A DNA stretch of 64,000 nucleotides from Candidatus Latescibacterota bacterium. Lineage in GTDB: Bacteria > Latescibacterota > UBA2968 > UBA8231. A program made the position numbers and the translations under genes. The notes beneath the pieces are model-generated. The model had not been told where the DNA came from. It searched no databases and saw only the letters and a program-made list of their open reading frames with translations. Below are positions 37,797 to 50,198 of this stretch, one piece after another. Within the stretch, counting starts at the first letter, position 1. Each line of letters opens with the position of its first letter. Where the stretch lies: contig CBDAOB010000002.1 in NCBI GenBank assembly GCA_965197905.1, forward strand, positions 32,001-96,000, given 5' to 3'.

Positions 37797-39745
37797 GCAC
37801 TGACCCCGCACAAAACAACGAGTTCCGCATAACGATCAGGTCCATTCTGCTGGGCTTGATAACCGTGGCTTCCGTTTCCCACCTCGCCGTTCGCAGCTCC
37901 GACGGCATGGTGGGCGGATTCGTGCGCTCCCAGTTCCCCATGACCGTGCTCATGCCGTTCGTGCTCTGGCTGCTGGTCAACACGGTGTTGAAGCTCGTGT
38001 GGCCGAGGGTAAGCCTGCGCCAGGGTGAGCTCTTGACCATCCTGTGTATGACCTGGGTGGTGGGCACCATCCCCAACCAGGGATGGATGAATTACGCCGT
38101 TCCGATGCTGGCGGCGCCGACCTACTACGCCACCAACGTGAACCTGTGGGCCGACAGCTTCTTTGGCTACCTACCGTGGCACGTCTTCGCCAAAACCTCG
38201 GAGGATGTCATCGACATCTTCTGGTTGGGAGCGGGCAAGGAAGCCCAGGTTCCGTGGGAAGGTTGGATGCTTCCGGCGGCCCACTGGCTGGGGGCATCGA
38301 TGGCAATGGTGATCCTTGGTTTCTGTCTGTTCGCGTTGTTCCAGCGCCAGTGGGTGGAGGCCGAGCGTCTCACCTTTCCCCTGGCCCAGATGCCGCTGGA
38401 TCTCACCCGTGGGTTCGACGGCACTCGACGCCTGCCGGATCTCTTTCGTTCGGGTCTGTTCTGGATCGGATTCGGGGTGGTTTTTCTACCCCTTTCCTAC
38501 AACATCGCTTCCTACTTTTCCCCTGGATTCCAGCCGCTTCAGTTCTTCATCGGCTACCTCCAGTTAGGGCCGGGGGACCCGTTCCCCGCGATCGTCATTC
38601 GCTTGATGCCCCTGGTGTTGGCGGTGGTCTATCTGTGCCCGCTGGACATCCTGGGAAGCCTGCTGTTTTTCTACCTGCTGGCCTACTTCAAGGAAGCGCT
38701 CATGGTACGCACCGGCTTTTCCGTGGGCACTTCGGGTCAGGAGATCGGAGATGTGGAAATCCTGCATCTGGAAAGCTACGGGGCGTTGATCTTCATCGCT
38801 TTCTGGTCCATCTGGCTTGCTCGCAACCATCTGCGCTCCGTCTGGCGGCTGGTGTCTAGCGGAGACGGAAACCCCGGTGAGGTGTCTCAGTATCGAACGC
38901 TCGTTGTTGGGCTCCTGTTGTCTGCGGGATGCCTGGTGGGTTGGGTCATGGGGTTGGGTGCCAGCCTGGGAACCGCCGTCGGCCTGCTGCTGCTGATGGT
39001 CCTCGGGTATTTGGCCATCGTCAAGATGATCGCCGCCACCGGGATGGCCTACCTTTACATGCCGATCGCGCATTTGAAGGGGCACAACGTGATTACCGAT
39101 CTTCTGGGGAGCACCCGCTTGAGCGGCCACAGCATGGTGGCGATGAAGGTGTTTACCAGCCGCATCTTCTTCGGCAATATTCGCATCCCGGCCTGGCCCT
39201 CGCTGCCTCACTTTCTCCGCCTCTTTCCACACCCGCGGCAATTGAAATGGATCGCCGTTGCCGTTTTGCTCGCTTTTCCCGCAGGGTTTCTGGTCGCCGG
39301 CTGGGACACGGTGAGTGTCGCCTACGAAATAGGCGGTCAACAGGTCGTGCCTGTCTCCTACGTCGAGCGGTTCTACGACAACATAGGCCGGCTGGTATAC
39401 ACCCCGACCGAGTCGGACCTGGGTAAGTGGGCCGTGTGGCTATTCGGTTTCGGCGAGGCAGCAGTGATCGCGCTGATGCGGACCCGCTACCACTGGTTCC
39501 CCTTGCATCCGGTAGGCATCGCGTTTCAGCGCGAACGGGCTACCTGGATGTACTGGTTCTCCCTGGCTATGGTATTCGCGGTGAAATGGTGCCTGCTGAA
39601 ATACGGCGGCCAGCGGGCGTATCGCCGCGGCAAGCTGTTCTTCTATGGCCTGGGCGTGGGATATGTGAGTGGCGTGATGCTGTCGATGGCAGTGGACTTC
39701 ATCTGGTTTCCCGGCCAACGGCTGCACACCGTGCACAACTGGTAG
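37793..39745 (+). CDS. Polytopic membrane protein (DUF6785/DUF6784-like, putative transporter), copy 1
   Basis: 650 aa with many TM segments, RQWVEAERLTFPLAQMP, WFPLHPVG. Confidence 0.8.
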   Translation: MSTDPAQNNEFRITIRSILLGLITVASVSHLAVRSSDGMVGGFVRSQFPMTVLMPFVLWLLVNTVLKLVWPRVSLRQGELLTILCMTWVVGTIPNQGWMNYAVPMLAAPTYYATNVNLWADSFFGYLPWHVFAKTSEDVIDIFWLGAGKEAQVPWEGWMLPAAHWLGASMAMVILGFCLFALFQRQWVEAERLTFPLAQMPLDLTRGFDGTRRLPDLFRSGLFWIGFGVVFLPLSYNIASYFSPGFQPLQFFIGYLQLGPGDPFPAIVIRLMPLVLAVVYLCPLDILGSLLFFYLLAYFKEALMVRTGFSVGTSGQEIGDVEILHLESYGALIFIAFWSIWLARNHLRSVWRLVSSGDGNPGEVSQYRTLVVGLLLSAGCLVGWVMGLGASLGTAVGLLLLMVLGYLAIVKMIAATGMAYLYMPIAHLKGHNVITDLLGSTRLSGHSMVAMKVFTSRIFFGNIRIPAWPSLPHFLRLFPHPRQLKWIAVAVLLAFPAGFLVAGWDTVSVAYEIGGQQVVPVSYVERFYDNIGRLVYTPTESDLGKWAVWLFGFGEAAVIALMRTRYHWFPLHPVGIAFQRERATWMYWFSLAMVFAVKWCLLKYGGQRAYRRGKLFFYGLGVGYVSGVMLSMAVDFIWFPGQRLHTVHNW

Positions 39746-39830
39746 TACGGCGGCGGCTTGTTGCCATTCCCATCGCTCGGTTCGCTGCGGCCCCGCTAGC
39801 GCCAGGACGCACTGACAGGCAGACAATTCC

Positions 39831-41783
39831 TTGAGCGTCACACCTCCACAAGACAACGAATTACGCATCACGGTGCGGTCCGTGGTCCTGGGTGTGATCA
39901 CGGCGGCGGTAGTCACCCACGTCGCCATACTCAGCTCCGATGGTTTCGTCGGCGGGTTCGTGCGTTCCCAGTTCCCCATGACCGTGCTCATGCCGTTTGT
40001 GCTGTGGCTGCTGGTGAATACGGCACTGAAGGTAGTGTGGCCGCAGGTCAGCCTGCGGCAGGGCGAGCTCCTGACCATCCTGTGTATGACCTGGGTAGTG
40101 GGCACCATACCCAACCAGGGGTGGATGAACTACGCTGTTCCGCTGCTGGCGGCGCCGATCTTCTACGCCACCAAGGTGAACCTGTGGGCAGATAGCTTCT
40201 TCGACTACCTGCCATGGCATGTCTTCGCCAAACCCTCGGCCGATGTCATCGACCTCTTCTGGCTCGGGGGCGGGAAAGAGGTCCAGATCCCCTGGGAGGG
40301 ATGGCTGCTTCCAGCGGCTCACTGGTTAGGGGCATCGATGGCGATGGTGATCTTCGGCATCTGCCTTTTCGCCCTCTTCCACCGTCAGTGGGCCAACGCC
40401 GAACGACTCACCTTTCCCCTGGCTCAGATGCCGTTGGATCTCACCCGTGGGTTCGACGGTACGCGACGACTCCCGGACCTGTTTCGCTCCGGCCTGTTCT
40501 GGATCGGTTTCGGCGTGGTTTTTCTTTCTATGTGTTACAACGTCGTCACCTATTTCCACCCCGGATTCATCCCCATCGGGCTGTTCATCAACTACTACCC
40601 GGTAGTGCTGGCCGAACCATTCCCGCTGATCATCTTTCGGGTGATGCCTCTGGTACTTGCGGTGGTCTACCTGTGCCCGCTCGATATCCTGGGCAGCCTG
40701 TTGTTTTTCTATCTGCTGGCGGTCATCAAACAGGCGGCGATGACCCGCACCGCATTTTCGGCGGGCGCTTCCGGCCACGAGATCACCGGTGATGAACTTC
40801 TGCATCTGGAGAGCTACGGAGCGCTGATCTTCATCGCGATCTGGTCCCTCTGGCTCGCTCGCCGCCACCTGCGCTTCGTCTGGAGGCTGGTCCGCACCGG
40901 AGACGGCAGACCCGAAGAAGTTTCCCAGTACCGCGTGCTCTTTTTCGGACTCCTGCTTTCAGGGGCTTGCCTGGTTGGGTGGGTGATTGGACTCGGAGCC
41001 AGCCTGGCGACCGCTGTTGGCATTTTTGTCCTGATGGTCCTGGGCTATCTGACCACGGTCAAGATGATAGCCGCCACTGGGCTGGCCTATCTCTATGTTC
41101 CCATCGCCCACATGAAGGGGTCCAGTTTCATTACCGATCTGCTGGGTACCACAAGGTTGTCGGGGCAGAGCATGGTGGCGATGAGGGTGTTCACCAGCCG
41201 CATCTTCTTCGGCAACATCCGCATACCTGCGTGGCCGGCTCTGCCCCACTTTCTGCGTCTGTTTCCGCAGGCGCGGCAGCTGCGATGGGTCGCCGTGGCC
41301 GTTCTGCTGGCCTTTCCAACCGGGTTTCTGGTTGCTGGGTGGGACACGATCAGTTTCTCATACGCGGTCGGCGGTCAACAGGTCATGGCCGTTTCCGAGA
41401 TCGAACGGTTATACGACGACGTCGCTCGCCTGGTCTACAATCCTTCGGAGCTGGATCCGGGCAAGTGGGCGGTCTGGCTGTTCGGCTTCGGCGAAGCAGC
41501 CATCATATCGCTGTTGCGGATCCGCTATCACTGGTTCCCTCTGCATCCGGTAGGCGTCGCTTTCCAGCGCGAGCGGGCGACCTGGCTCTACTGGTCGTCG
41601 CTGGCGGTGGTATTCGTGGTGAAGTGGTGTCTGTTGAAATACGGCGGGCAGAAGGCGTACCGCAGCGGCAAGCTCTTCTTCTACGGATTGGGCATGGGAT
41701 ACGTGAGCGGTGTGCTGCTATCGATGTTCGTGGACTTCATCTGGTTTCCTGGCCAGAGGTTACACACCGTCCACAACTGGTAG
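39831..41783 (+). CDS. Polytopic membrane protein (DUF6785/DUF6784-like), copy 2
   Basis: Tandem paralog of identical length (650 aa). Confidence 0.8.
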   Translation: MSVTPPQDNELRITVRSVVLGVITAAVVTHVAILSSDGFVGGFVRSQFPMTVLMPFVLWLLVNTALKVVWPQVSLRQGELLTILCMTWVVGTIPNQGWMNYAVPLLAAPIFYATKVNLWADSFFDYLPWHVFAKPSADVIDLFWLGGGKEVQIPWEGWLLPAAHWLGASMAMVIFGICLFALFHRQWANAERLTFPLAQMPLDLTRGFDGTRRLPDLFRSGLFWIGFGVVFLSMCYNVVTYFHPGFIPIGLFINYYPVVLAEPFPLIIFRVMPLVLAVVYLCPLDILGSLLFFYLLAVIKQAAMTRTAFSAGASGHEITGDELLHLESYGALIFIAIWSLWLARRHLRFVWRLVRTGDGRPEEVSQYRVLFFGLLLSGACLVGWVIGLGASLATAVGIFVLMVLGYLTTVKMIAATGLAYLYVPIAHMKGSSFITDLLGTTRLSGQSMVAMRVFTSRIFFGNIRIPAWPALPHFLRLFPQARQLRWVAVAVLLAFPTGFLVAGWDTISFSYAVGGQQVMAVSEIERLYDDVARLVYNPSELDPGKWAVWLFGFGEAAIISLLRIRYHWFPLHPVGVAFQRERATWLYWSSLAVVFVVKWCLLKYGGQKAYRSGKLFFYGLGMGYVSGVLLSMFVDFIWFPGQRLHTVHNW

Positions 41784-41861
41784 AGAGCTTCGGTGACACG
41801 TCGACAGTTGGCCCGCCTGGGGGCGAATTGGCCCTTGGGGACCTGCTGTTCGGTTGGCAGA

Positions 41862-43466
41862 TCAGACTTCGATCTCGACATCCCCCTGAGATTTCGCCTG
41901 ACAGGCCAGAATCACACCCTGGTCCTTTTCTTCGCGGGTAAGCGCGATTTCACAGTCCATTGAAACACTTCCCGATAGGAGCTTCACTTTGCAGCTGCCG
42001 CAGGTTCCAGACCGGCAGGCATTGTCGATCTCGACACCGATCGAGTCAGCAACGTCAAGGATGGATTCATCCTCTGGCAGTGGCGCCGACTCCCCTGTTG
42101 GACCGAATGTGACCGTGAAGTCACTGGCGGAACCCGGCACTCGATCGTTGGACTTCGGTTTGGGTTTTCTCTTTGCGGTCCCGAACGCTTCTATCCTGAC
42201 CTTCTCCTGTGGAACTTCGAGCCCTCCCACGATGGCTTGAGCATCACGCATCATTGATTCAGGTCCACAGATATGTATCAAACGCTCGGTGATATCGGGC
42301 ACGAAACCGTTGATCAACTCCTTGTCTATTCGTCCCACTGGGCCTGACCAGTCATCGCCCGGGCGCGTCAACGTGACCTTGACATGGAGGTTGGAATGCC
42401 GCTCCTCGAGTCTGCCGATCTCCTCGGCGAAGATAAAATCCTGAACGGTGCGAAAAGATAGAATCACAAAAATATCACCGTCCCACTTCTTATCCGTGAG
42501 GTAGCGAACCACACTCATTATGGGCGTGATGCCCACGCCGGCGGCAATGAGGACAATGCTGTTGTGTTGCTCTCCAGTGAACGTGAATCCGCCCGCCGGC
42601 GCCGAAAGTCGAAGCTGGTCGCCCGGTTTGATTTCGCTGTGCAAGTATCCGGAGACGAGCCCCTTTTCCTCGCGCTTAACCGTGATCTCGAGGCACTCCG
42701 GCCGTGTCGGACTGGAGGCGATCGTATAGGACCTCTTGATGCGCTTGCCCGCCGGTTCGATCTCCAACGTCAGAAATTGCCCGGGCAGATACTCGAAAGG
42801 AATGTTGCCCCCGTCCGGCGGCACCAAACGGAACGTCCTCACGTTTGCCGTCTCTTCGATGACTTCGGCGACCTTCAAAGTACCGGAGAAGCGGCCTGGA
42901 TTCGGATCGCAACAGGGGCATTCCTCTAGGTCCTGAACCTGCTCCTCGGTATACCTTGGGTTGATATGCTGGGGGCAGTTCACATCCCACAGCGAGAGGC
43001 GAAACACGAAGGCACGCTCCGGCTTTCCGGGATAGTTAGGGTCGGCTAGTTTCTCCAGCAGCTCCGGATCATCGTCCACGACCTTTGCGGTACCCCAGAT
43101 CTTTATTCGTTTCCGATTGACGTAGTCCATCAGAAAGATGAACGCTTTGTCGTTCTCGTTGAGGTTGCCGTAGGAGATGTACTGGCAATTGCCGATAAAA
43201 TCTGCGAATCCCAGGGTGCGGTCATCGATGACCTTCAAGAAACCCTTGGGGCCACCACGGTGTTGAATGTAAGGTTGGCCTTCTGCGTTCGCGGTTCCCA
43301 GATAAAACGAATCCCGCTCCGCGATGAATTCCACCAGCTCGGGTGTTATTGTGTCCAGCCACCAGTCTGGATCCTGTTCGGTCTCCTGGTAATTCGCCCG
43401 GGAGCCATTTCGGCTCTGAAGCGTTTTGACGGCTGGCGTGAAGGCAACATCGCTACGGGCGTTCAT
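41862..43466 (-). CDS. PNPOx-like domain plus FNR-type FAD/NAD(P)H reductase plus 2Fe-2S ferredoxin fusion
   Basis: PYIQHRGGPKGF, RSYTIASS, AGVGITP, ICGP, CRSGTCGSC...LAC. ATG 43466 follows AGGAG. Confidence 0.9.
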   Translation of the reverse strand: MNARSDVAFTPAVKTLQSRNGSRANYQETEQDPDWWLDTITPELVEFIAERDSFYLGTANAEGQPYIQHRGGPKGFLKVIDDRTLGFADFIGNCQYISYGNLNENDKAFIFLMDYVNRKRIKIWGTAKVVDDDPELLEKLADPNYPGKPERAFVFRLSLWDVNCPQHINPRYTEEQVQDLEECPCCDPNPGRFSGTLKVAEVIEETANVRTFRLVPPDGGNIPFEYLPGQFLTLEIEPAGKRIKRSYTIASSPTRPECLEITVKREEKGLVSGYLHSEIKPGDQLRLSAPAGGFTFTGEQHNSIVLIAAGVGITPIMSVVRYLTDKKWDGDIFVILSFRTVQDFIFAEEIGRLEERHSNLHVKVTLTRPGDDWSGPVGRIDKELINGFVPDITERLIHICGPESMMRDAQAIVGGLEVPQEKVRIEAFGTAKRKPKPKSNDRVPGSASDFTVTFGPTGESAPLPEDESILDVADSIGVEIDNACRSGTCGSCKVKLLSGSVSMDCEIALTREEKDQGVILACQAKSQGDVEIEV

Positions 43467-43545
43467 GGCGGTTCTCCTCATTGACTTCGTTTCTATTTTA
43501 GCGATCGTTCGCCGCATTCCGTAGGATGGGTCAATGCGTTTGCAA

Positions 43546-43893
43546 CTACAGCAGCGCCCTCACCTTGTTTTCTAGTTCAGTTCGGGACGTCATACCAACA
43601 ACCAAGTCTACCACTGCGCCGCTCTTCAGGAAAACCAGGGCGGGAACCGACACCAGACCAAACCTGTCTACGATCTGACGATTCCGGTCTGCGTCGACCG
43701 TCCCGAAGGTTGCTGCGCCTGCAAATACCTCGGCTAAATGGCGGAGAGAACAGCGCACGATCTCGGCAGATCCGCTCCAAGCTGTGCTGACACATGCTAC
43801 CACAAGCTGTGGGTTTTGTACTACGAGTTTCTCGAAGTTTTCGTCGGATATCACTTCTGTTTTGGTTTGGCTTGTCACTTTGGCTGTCTCCAT
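43546..43893 (-). CDS. Thioredoxin-fold protein lacking CxxC
   Basis: ISDENFE...WSGSA in place of WCGPC, VDAD, SVPALVFLKSG. Confidence 0.85.
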   Translation of the reverse strand: METAKVTSQTKTEVISDENFEKLVVQNPQLVVACVSTAWSGSAEIVRCSLRHLAEVFAGAATFGTVDADRNRQIVDRFGLVSVPALVFLKSGAVVDLVVGMTSRTELENKVRALL

Positions 43894-43962
43894 ATCCCAG
43901 ATGCCGCCCCTCCTAAAAAGGGCGGCATCGTTGTCAGCAACGTGGCCTCTGTGGAGTGGACA

Positions 43963-44742
43963 TCAGCTCCCAGTGGCGGCCTCTTGAATCGACTGCATAG
44001 CCTCGAGAGTCGTCCAGACGGCGTTGGCCATGAAGCGGAAGTTCACCAGGGCTGCGTCGTACCCGTTCCCTTCAGGCACTTTGGCTGCGGCTGTTGCGTC
44101 TGAGACAACGGCCACCTCGAAACCCCGCTCCAAAAATTCACGCATGTGGGCTTCGGTGCACAGGTTCGCGGACATACCCCCGAGTATGACTTTGTCGATG
44201 CCCCGCTTTCTCAATTGCAGCATCAGATCGTTGTTTTCGGGTCCGTATACCTTGTGGGGATTCGCAACTACCGTCTCTCCGTCATCGATGTAAGGTTTGT
44301 ATATTTCGAGCCAGTCGGCCCCCGAACCCTCGAAACCTTCGAGACTGAGAGGGTCCTTCCGATCGAACATCCCGATGTTGTGCATCAGCACTTCGAGAGC
44401 TCCCTCGAATTTCCAGCCGTGATCGCTTGGATAGTAGTAGTGTGGTGAGATAAAGACAGGGATGCCGTTCTCCTTGGCGGTCTTGAACAGCGACTCGATG
44501 TTGGCCACGGTGTTGTTTTCGGTGACGCTTTCACCCACCACACCTCAGGTCACTCCCTCAGGACTGAGGAAATCGTTCTGCGGATCTGTGATTACAAGGG
44601 CGGTTCGTTCAGGGTCGATCTGCATCCCCGGATTGGGCAGCCCGTGGGCAGTAGATATTGCCCCGGCGATGACGAGCACGAACATCCACGTAGCTGACTT
44701 TGCTGAATACTGCTTTAGAGACTTCATGATACGAACCTCCAT
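43963..44742 (-). pseudogene. Exported isochorismatase-family cysteine hydrolase with an in-frame TGA at 44545-44547
   Basis: Two ORFs in the same frame: ITDPQNDFLSPEGVT*GVVGESV, NPHK, SANLC. Confidence 0.85.
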
Positions 44743-44800
44743 GTTTGAATAAATTTGCTGGAACCTTCGGATTTTCGTGAGGCCATCACTGCCGACCCTT

Positions 44801-44817
44801 TTGCAACCTCTGTGCCA
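44801..44817 (-). promoter_or_regulatory. Sigma-54 -24/-12 promoter
   Basis: TGGCACAGAGGTTGCAA matches TGGCAC-N5-TTGC, just upstream of the hydrolase operon. Confidence 0.85.
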
Positions 44818-44921
44818 AAGCTATTGCATCATGCGCCAGATATTGCCTAACTATAACGGCCAGAGTAATGTGCGAGCGAAATACCAGCTCGTAGTCCGAG
44901 ACCTGATCGCGCCGACAAACC

Positions 44922-44954
44922 GTTAAATACCGTGGGCTCCACGATATATCACAG
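44922..44954 (-). promoter_or_regulatory. Putative upstream activator sequence (enhancer)
   Basis: CTGTGATATATCGTGGAGCCCACGGTATTT, similar to 47042-47072. Confidence 0.65.
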
Positions 44955-45029
44955 AAAACCTGGGCGCTGTGCCCACGTGCACGATAAGAAGCCGACCACG
45001 GTCGGCTCGGGGTCAACTGAAGGCATGCA

Positions 45030-47002
<1,973 letters not shown>

Positions 47003-47041
47003 CGCAACCAACCCCAATAAAACGAATCTCGCCCCGATTAT

Positions 47042-47075
47042 CCGTGATATATCGTAGGGGCTCCGATATATCATG
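47042..47075 (+). promoter_or_regulatory. Putative upstream activator sequence (two GATATATC palindromes)
   Basis: GATATATC at 47046 and 47065. Confidence 0.65.
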
Positions 47076-47167
47076 GCTTTTGGCGACTCGCCGTCTCCCA
47101 CATCTACATCCAGCAACAACTTGTTTTTTATATATGTTATGAAATAATCTTCCGCCCCGATTTTGGC

Positions 47168-47183
47168 TGGCACCAAAGTTGCG
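47168..47183 (+). promoter_or_regulatory. Sigma-54 -24/-12 promoter
   Basis: TGGCACCAAAGTTGCG, 71 bp before ATG 47255. Confidence 0.82.
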
Positions 47184-47254
47184 AAAGTAGGAGTTGTCTG
47201 CAGAGCGCAGGCGGCTTACCGAAGAGTTGGTACTCTCAAAATGGAGAGGCGACA

Positions 47255-48115
47255 ATGGACACTACAACCGCAACCGAAACCCTGATCAATGCCAAACGGT
47301 CGACGGCAGGCGCAGCGATCAGTGACGTGAGCGACTACCGATACGAAACCTTCCGCGCCGGCCTGCTTATGAACGACGCACGGTTCTCGTCCGGCGCTCT
47401 CAGGCCGGGTCAACTTCTCCCCGACCAACGTCTGATCCAGCCGGATGGCGAAGAAACCTCGCTGCGCACGGTGGCCGCCGGCCGGCCGATCGTGCTCGTA
47501 ACCGGCTCGCTGACCTGCCCTCTCAGCATCAGCTCGCTGCCCTTGTTCACGGAATTGAACCGCACCTACGGAGACCGGGTTGCTTTTGCTTTTATCTACA
47601 CCCGCGAGGCTCATCCCGGCGAAAACGTGAGACAACCTGCAAGTCTTGCAGAGAAAAGAAAGCATGCCCGCCAACTGCAGGAGATGCACGGAGTCGAATG
47701 GCCGGTGCTTGTGGACGATCTAGACGGCACCGTGCACCGGATGCTAGATACCAAGCAGAATTCCCTCCACATCGCCGATGCCAGCGGCCGGATCGTATTT
47801 CGGGCTCTCTTCGCAGGTGATAGCAGGGTGGGAGAGGCGATTGCCGCCGTTGCCGACGAGGACCTGCCTCGCAAGAGCCAGATCCATGGCATGCTAGCCG
47901 GTTCCATGAGGTCGATCGGTTACATTGACGAGACGCTTCGGCAGGCAGGCTCTAAAGCATACCGCGACGTCATGAAGGCTGTCCCGCCGATGGCGGCCAT
48001 GGCATTGATGGCTCGCGCCTTTCCTTCCCTGCCTAGAGCCAAACGTGGTTGGGCCGCGGCTGGCGCTTCGATGCTTGGAGCTGCTGCCATTCTGATAGGG
48101 ATGGCTACTCTGTGA
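47255..48115 (+). CDS. Iodothyronine-deiodinase-like/peroxiredoxin-fold protein with C-terminal membrane anchor
   Basis: RPIVLVTGSLTCP, FIYTREAHPGE, WPVLVDDLDG. Confidence 0.8.
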   Translation: MDTTTATETLINAKRSTAGAAISDVSDYRYETFRAGLLMNDARFSSGALRPGQLLPDQRLIQPDGEETSLRTVAAGRPIVLVTGSLTCPLSISSLPLFTELNRTYGDRVAFAFIYTREAHPGENVRQPASLAEKRKHARQLQEMHGVEWPVLVDDLDGTVHRMLDTKQNSLHIADASGRIVFRALFAGDSRVGEAIAAVADEDLPRKSQIHGMLAGSMRSIGYIDETLRQAGSKAYRDVMKAVPPMAAMALMARAFPSLPRAKRGWAAAGASMLGAAAILIGMATL

Positions 48116-48224
48116 GTCGATAGCCGTCAGGTGGGTTGCGGGCGTTCCGGCGTTGCAGCTGCAGTCGCGCCCGCCCGATGGCGTCGGATTCGACCTTGGG
48201 GACCGGTTGGAACCGTGATAGTCT

Positions 48225-49226
48225 CTAAGTACCCACGCGGTAAATGTGCTCGACAAGCTCCATGCTCTTGACCGCATCGGCAAAGTGGGTCAGTGGTTGC
48301 CGCCCTTCCTTAACGCAGTCGATGAAATGCCTATCTTCGTGCCAGAATCCCATCCAATTTACCGACGTGTCATCACCGGTCACGCCTACCTTCGTCGCAA
48401 ACTCCTTCGAGTCGTACACCTCGTGCACTCCATCGCCGGCTTTGATGTAGGATTGGGTGGCAGCGTCCACATAGGCGGAGGCGTCCTTGCCGTTGATCTC
48501 TGCCCGAAAAACGCCAATGCGGCTGACATAGCTGAAGCTCAAGATGCCAACCGCGCCTGAGCTGAACGACACCAGGGCGGTATATTCGTTGGGATAAGGT
48601 CCCGGCATGTAGCGGGTGCGGACGTGGGCGGCGACGTCCTCGACCTCGCCTCCACACAGGAATCTGAGGTTGTCGACAGCGTGGATTCCATCCACCGTCA
48701 AGGGGTCAATCACTCCGCCGTAGACCCCGGAGGGTTTGCCATGCGGTCGGTTAGGGCCGCCCTTGAGGAAGCTGACCGATGCCTGATGGATCGGCCCGCT
48801 CTCTTCGACCCGCTTCTTGAGTGCCGTCAGTGCGGGAATATGCCGGCGCTGAAATCCCACCGCCGTGAGGCACGAATTTTCCTCGGCGAAATAGGCGAGC
48901 ATCTGGGCTTGCTTGGAGTTCATCCCCAGCGGCTTCTCCACAAACAGGTGCCGGCCCTGTTGGAGAATTGTAGCTGCCGGCGCAAAGAGATCCTGCGGCA
49001 TCATGATGCAATACACGACCTGCGGATCGACCTCGGCCAGCATCTCCTCGTAGTCGGTAAAGACCTGCGGAATACTGAATCGCTCGGCGGTTTCCCTGGC
49101 CTTTTCCTCCACCAAGTCGCACGTAGCCACCAACTCCACATCGGGCAAGCTGGCCAGGCAAGGATAGTGTATGCTATTGGCCAGATTGCCCGCCCCAACA
49201 AATCCCACTCGAACTTTGTCTGCCAT
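48225..49226 (-). CDS. Gfo/Idh/MocA oxidoreductase
   Basis: VGFVGAG, FVEKP, DGIHAVD. Confidence 0.92.
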   Translation of the reverse strand: MADKVRVGFVGAGNLANSIHYPCLASLPDVELVATCDLVEEKARETAERFSIPQVFTDYEEMLAEVDPQVVYCIMMPQDLFAPAATILQQGRHLFVEKPLGMNSKQAQMLAYFAEENSCLTAVGFQRRHIPALTALKKRVEESGPIHQASVSFLKGGPNRPHGKPSGVYGGVIDPLTVDGIHAVDNLRFLCGGEVEDVAAHVRTRYMPGPYPNEYTALVSFSSGAVGILSFSYVSRIGVFRAEINGKDASAYVDAATQSYIKAGDGVHEVYDSKEFATKVGVTGDDTSVNWMGFWHEDRHFIDCVKEGRQPLTHFADAVKSMELVEHIYRVGT

Positions 49227-49388
49227 GATTCTACTCTCTCTTCCGCTTCGTAGTTTTCACTTGAAATTTCCCTTGCGTACGGTCGTACCAAGGGAGCTGT
49301 TCAACGGCTGAACGACGACTCGCCTTTCGGCCCGCGGGCGTAAATTCGGCGCGCGGGTTGTCGAGATCAGACAACCCCTGTTCCAGCC

Positions 49389-50174
49389 TTAACCTGCGGC
49401 GGCCGCATCGACCTGCGGCTCCGGCTGGCCCACCGCGTTCTTGCCATTCAACAACAGCGGTTCGGCGCTCCTCCACAACCCGCTGCCGTCGGGCTTCAAC
49501 AGCGGCTCGGCCGAGTACTGCGCCAGATAACTTCGGCGCATGAGCGACGTGCTGTTGGAGCCGCTGGAGTGGAAGTTCACGCTGCTGAAGACGACGATGC
49601 TGCCCGCCGGCACGATCGCTGCCACCCCCGGATCGTCGCCGAAATAACCGATCAGATCGTTCGAACCTTCTTCGTGAATGTGTTTTACGAAGGAACGGAT
49701 GCCGACGCGGGTGAACGGCATCACTCTCACCGTTCCGTTCGCTTCCGACATGTCGTCCAGGGCGCACCAGCAGCTGAGGTAAGGTAAGTGGTCCGGATAA
49801 CCGACGTAGCCCGAGTCCTGGTGCCAGCTGAACTTCATGCCGATGTCGGCCCCTTTGATTACGTACTGCTCGTTGAAGAGATACACATTCTCGCCCAGGG
49901 TGGCACGACAGATCTCGGCCATCAGATCGCTGAACAAAAAATCGTTCAGCTCCGGCTCTGTCTCGTGCATGCGCGATCTGAAATAGCGCTTGTTCCTGTG
50001 ATTGAGGCGGTTGCTGTCGGTGCTCAGCTCGTCCATCTCGGCGTCGGCCAGGTCGATGGCCAGCTGGCATTTGCCGCGCAGCATCTCCAGGAAATGATCC
50101 GGGATCACCTTTTCCAGGAAGAAATAGCCATCCTCGACGTACTGCTGTTTCTGTTGTTTGCTTACTAATGCCAA
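49389..50174 (-). CDS. PhyH family dioxygenase
   Basis: YVEDGY, WHQDSG, NFHSSG. Confidence 0.9.
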   Translation of the reverse strand: MALVSKQQKQQYVEDGYFFLEKVIPDHFLEMLRGKCQLAIDLADAEMDELSTDSNRLNHRNKRYFRSRMHETEPELNDFLFSDLMAEICRATLGENVYLFNEQYVIKGADIGMKFSWHQDSGYVGYPDHLPYLSCWCALDDMSEANGTVRVMPFTRVGIRSFVKHIHEEGSNDLIGYFGDDPGVAAIVPAGSIVVFSSVNFHSSGSNSTSLMRRSYLAQYSAEPLLKPDGSGLWRSAEPLLLNGKNAVGQPEPQVDAAAAG

Positions 50175-50198
50175 ATTCGCCCTCGGTCTATGTCATGT

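Noticed and set aside
44545..44547. Selenocysteine TGA
   Set aside because: The position fits Trp in this family, the catalytic Cys is elsewhere (ANLC), and no SECIS-like hairpin is evident.
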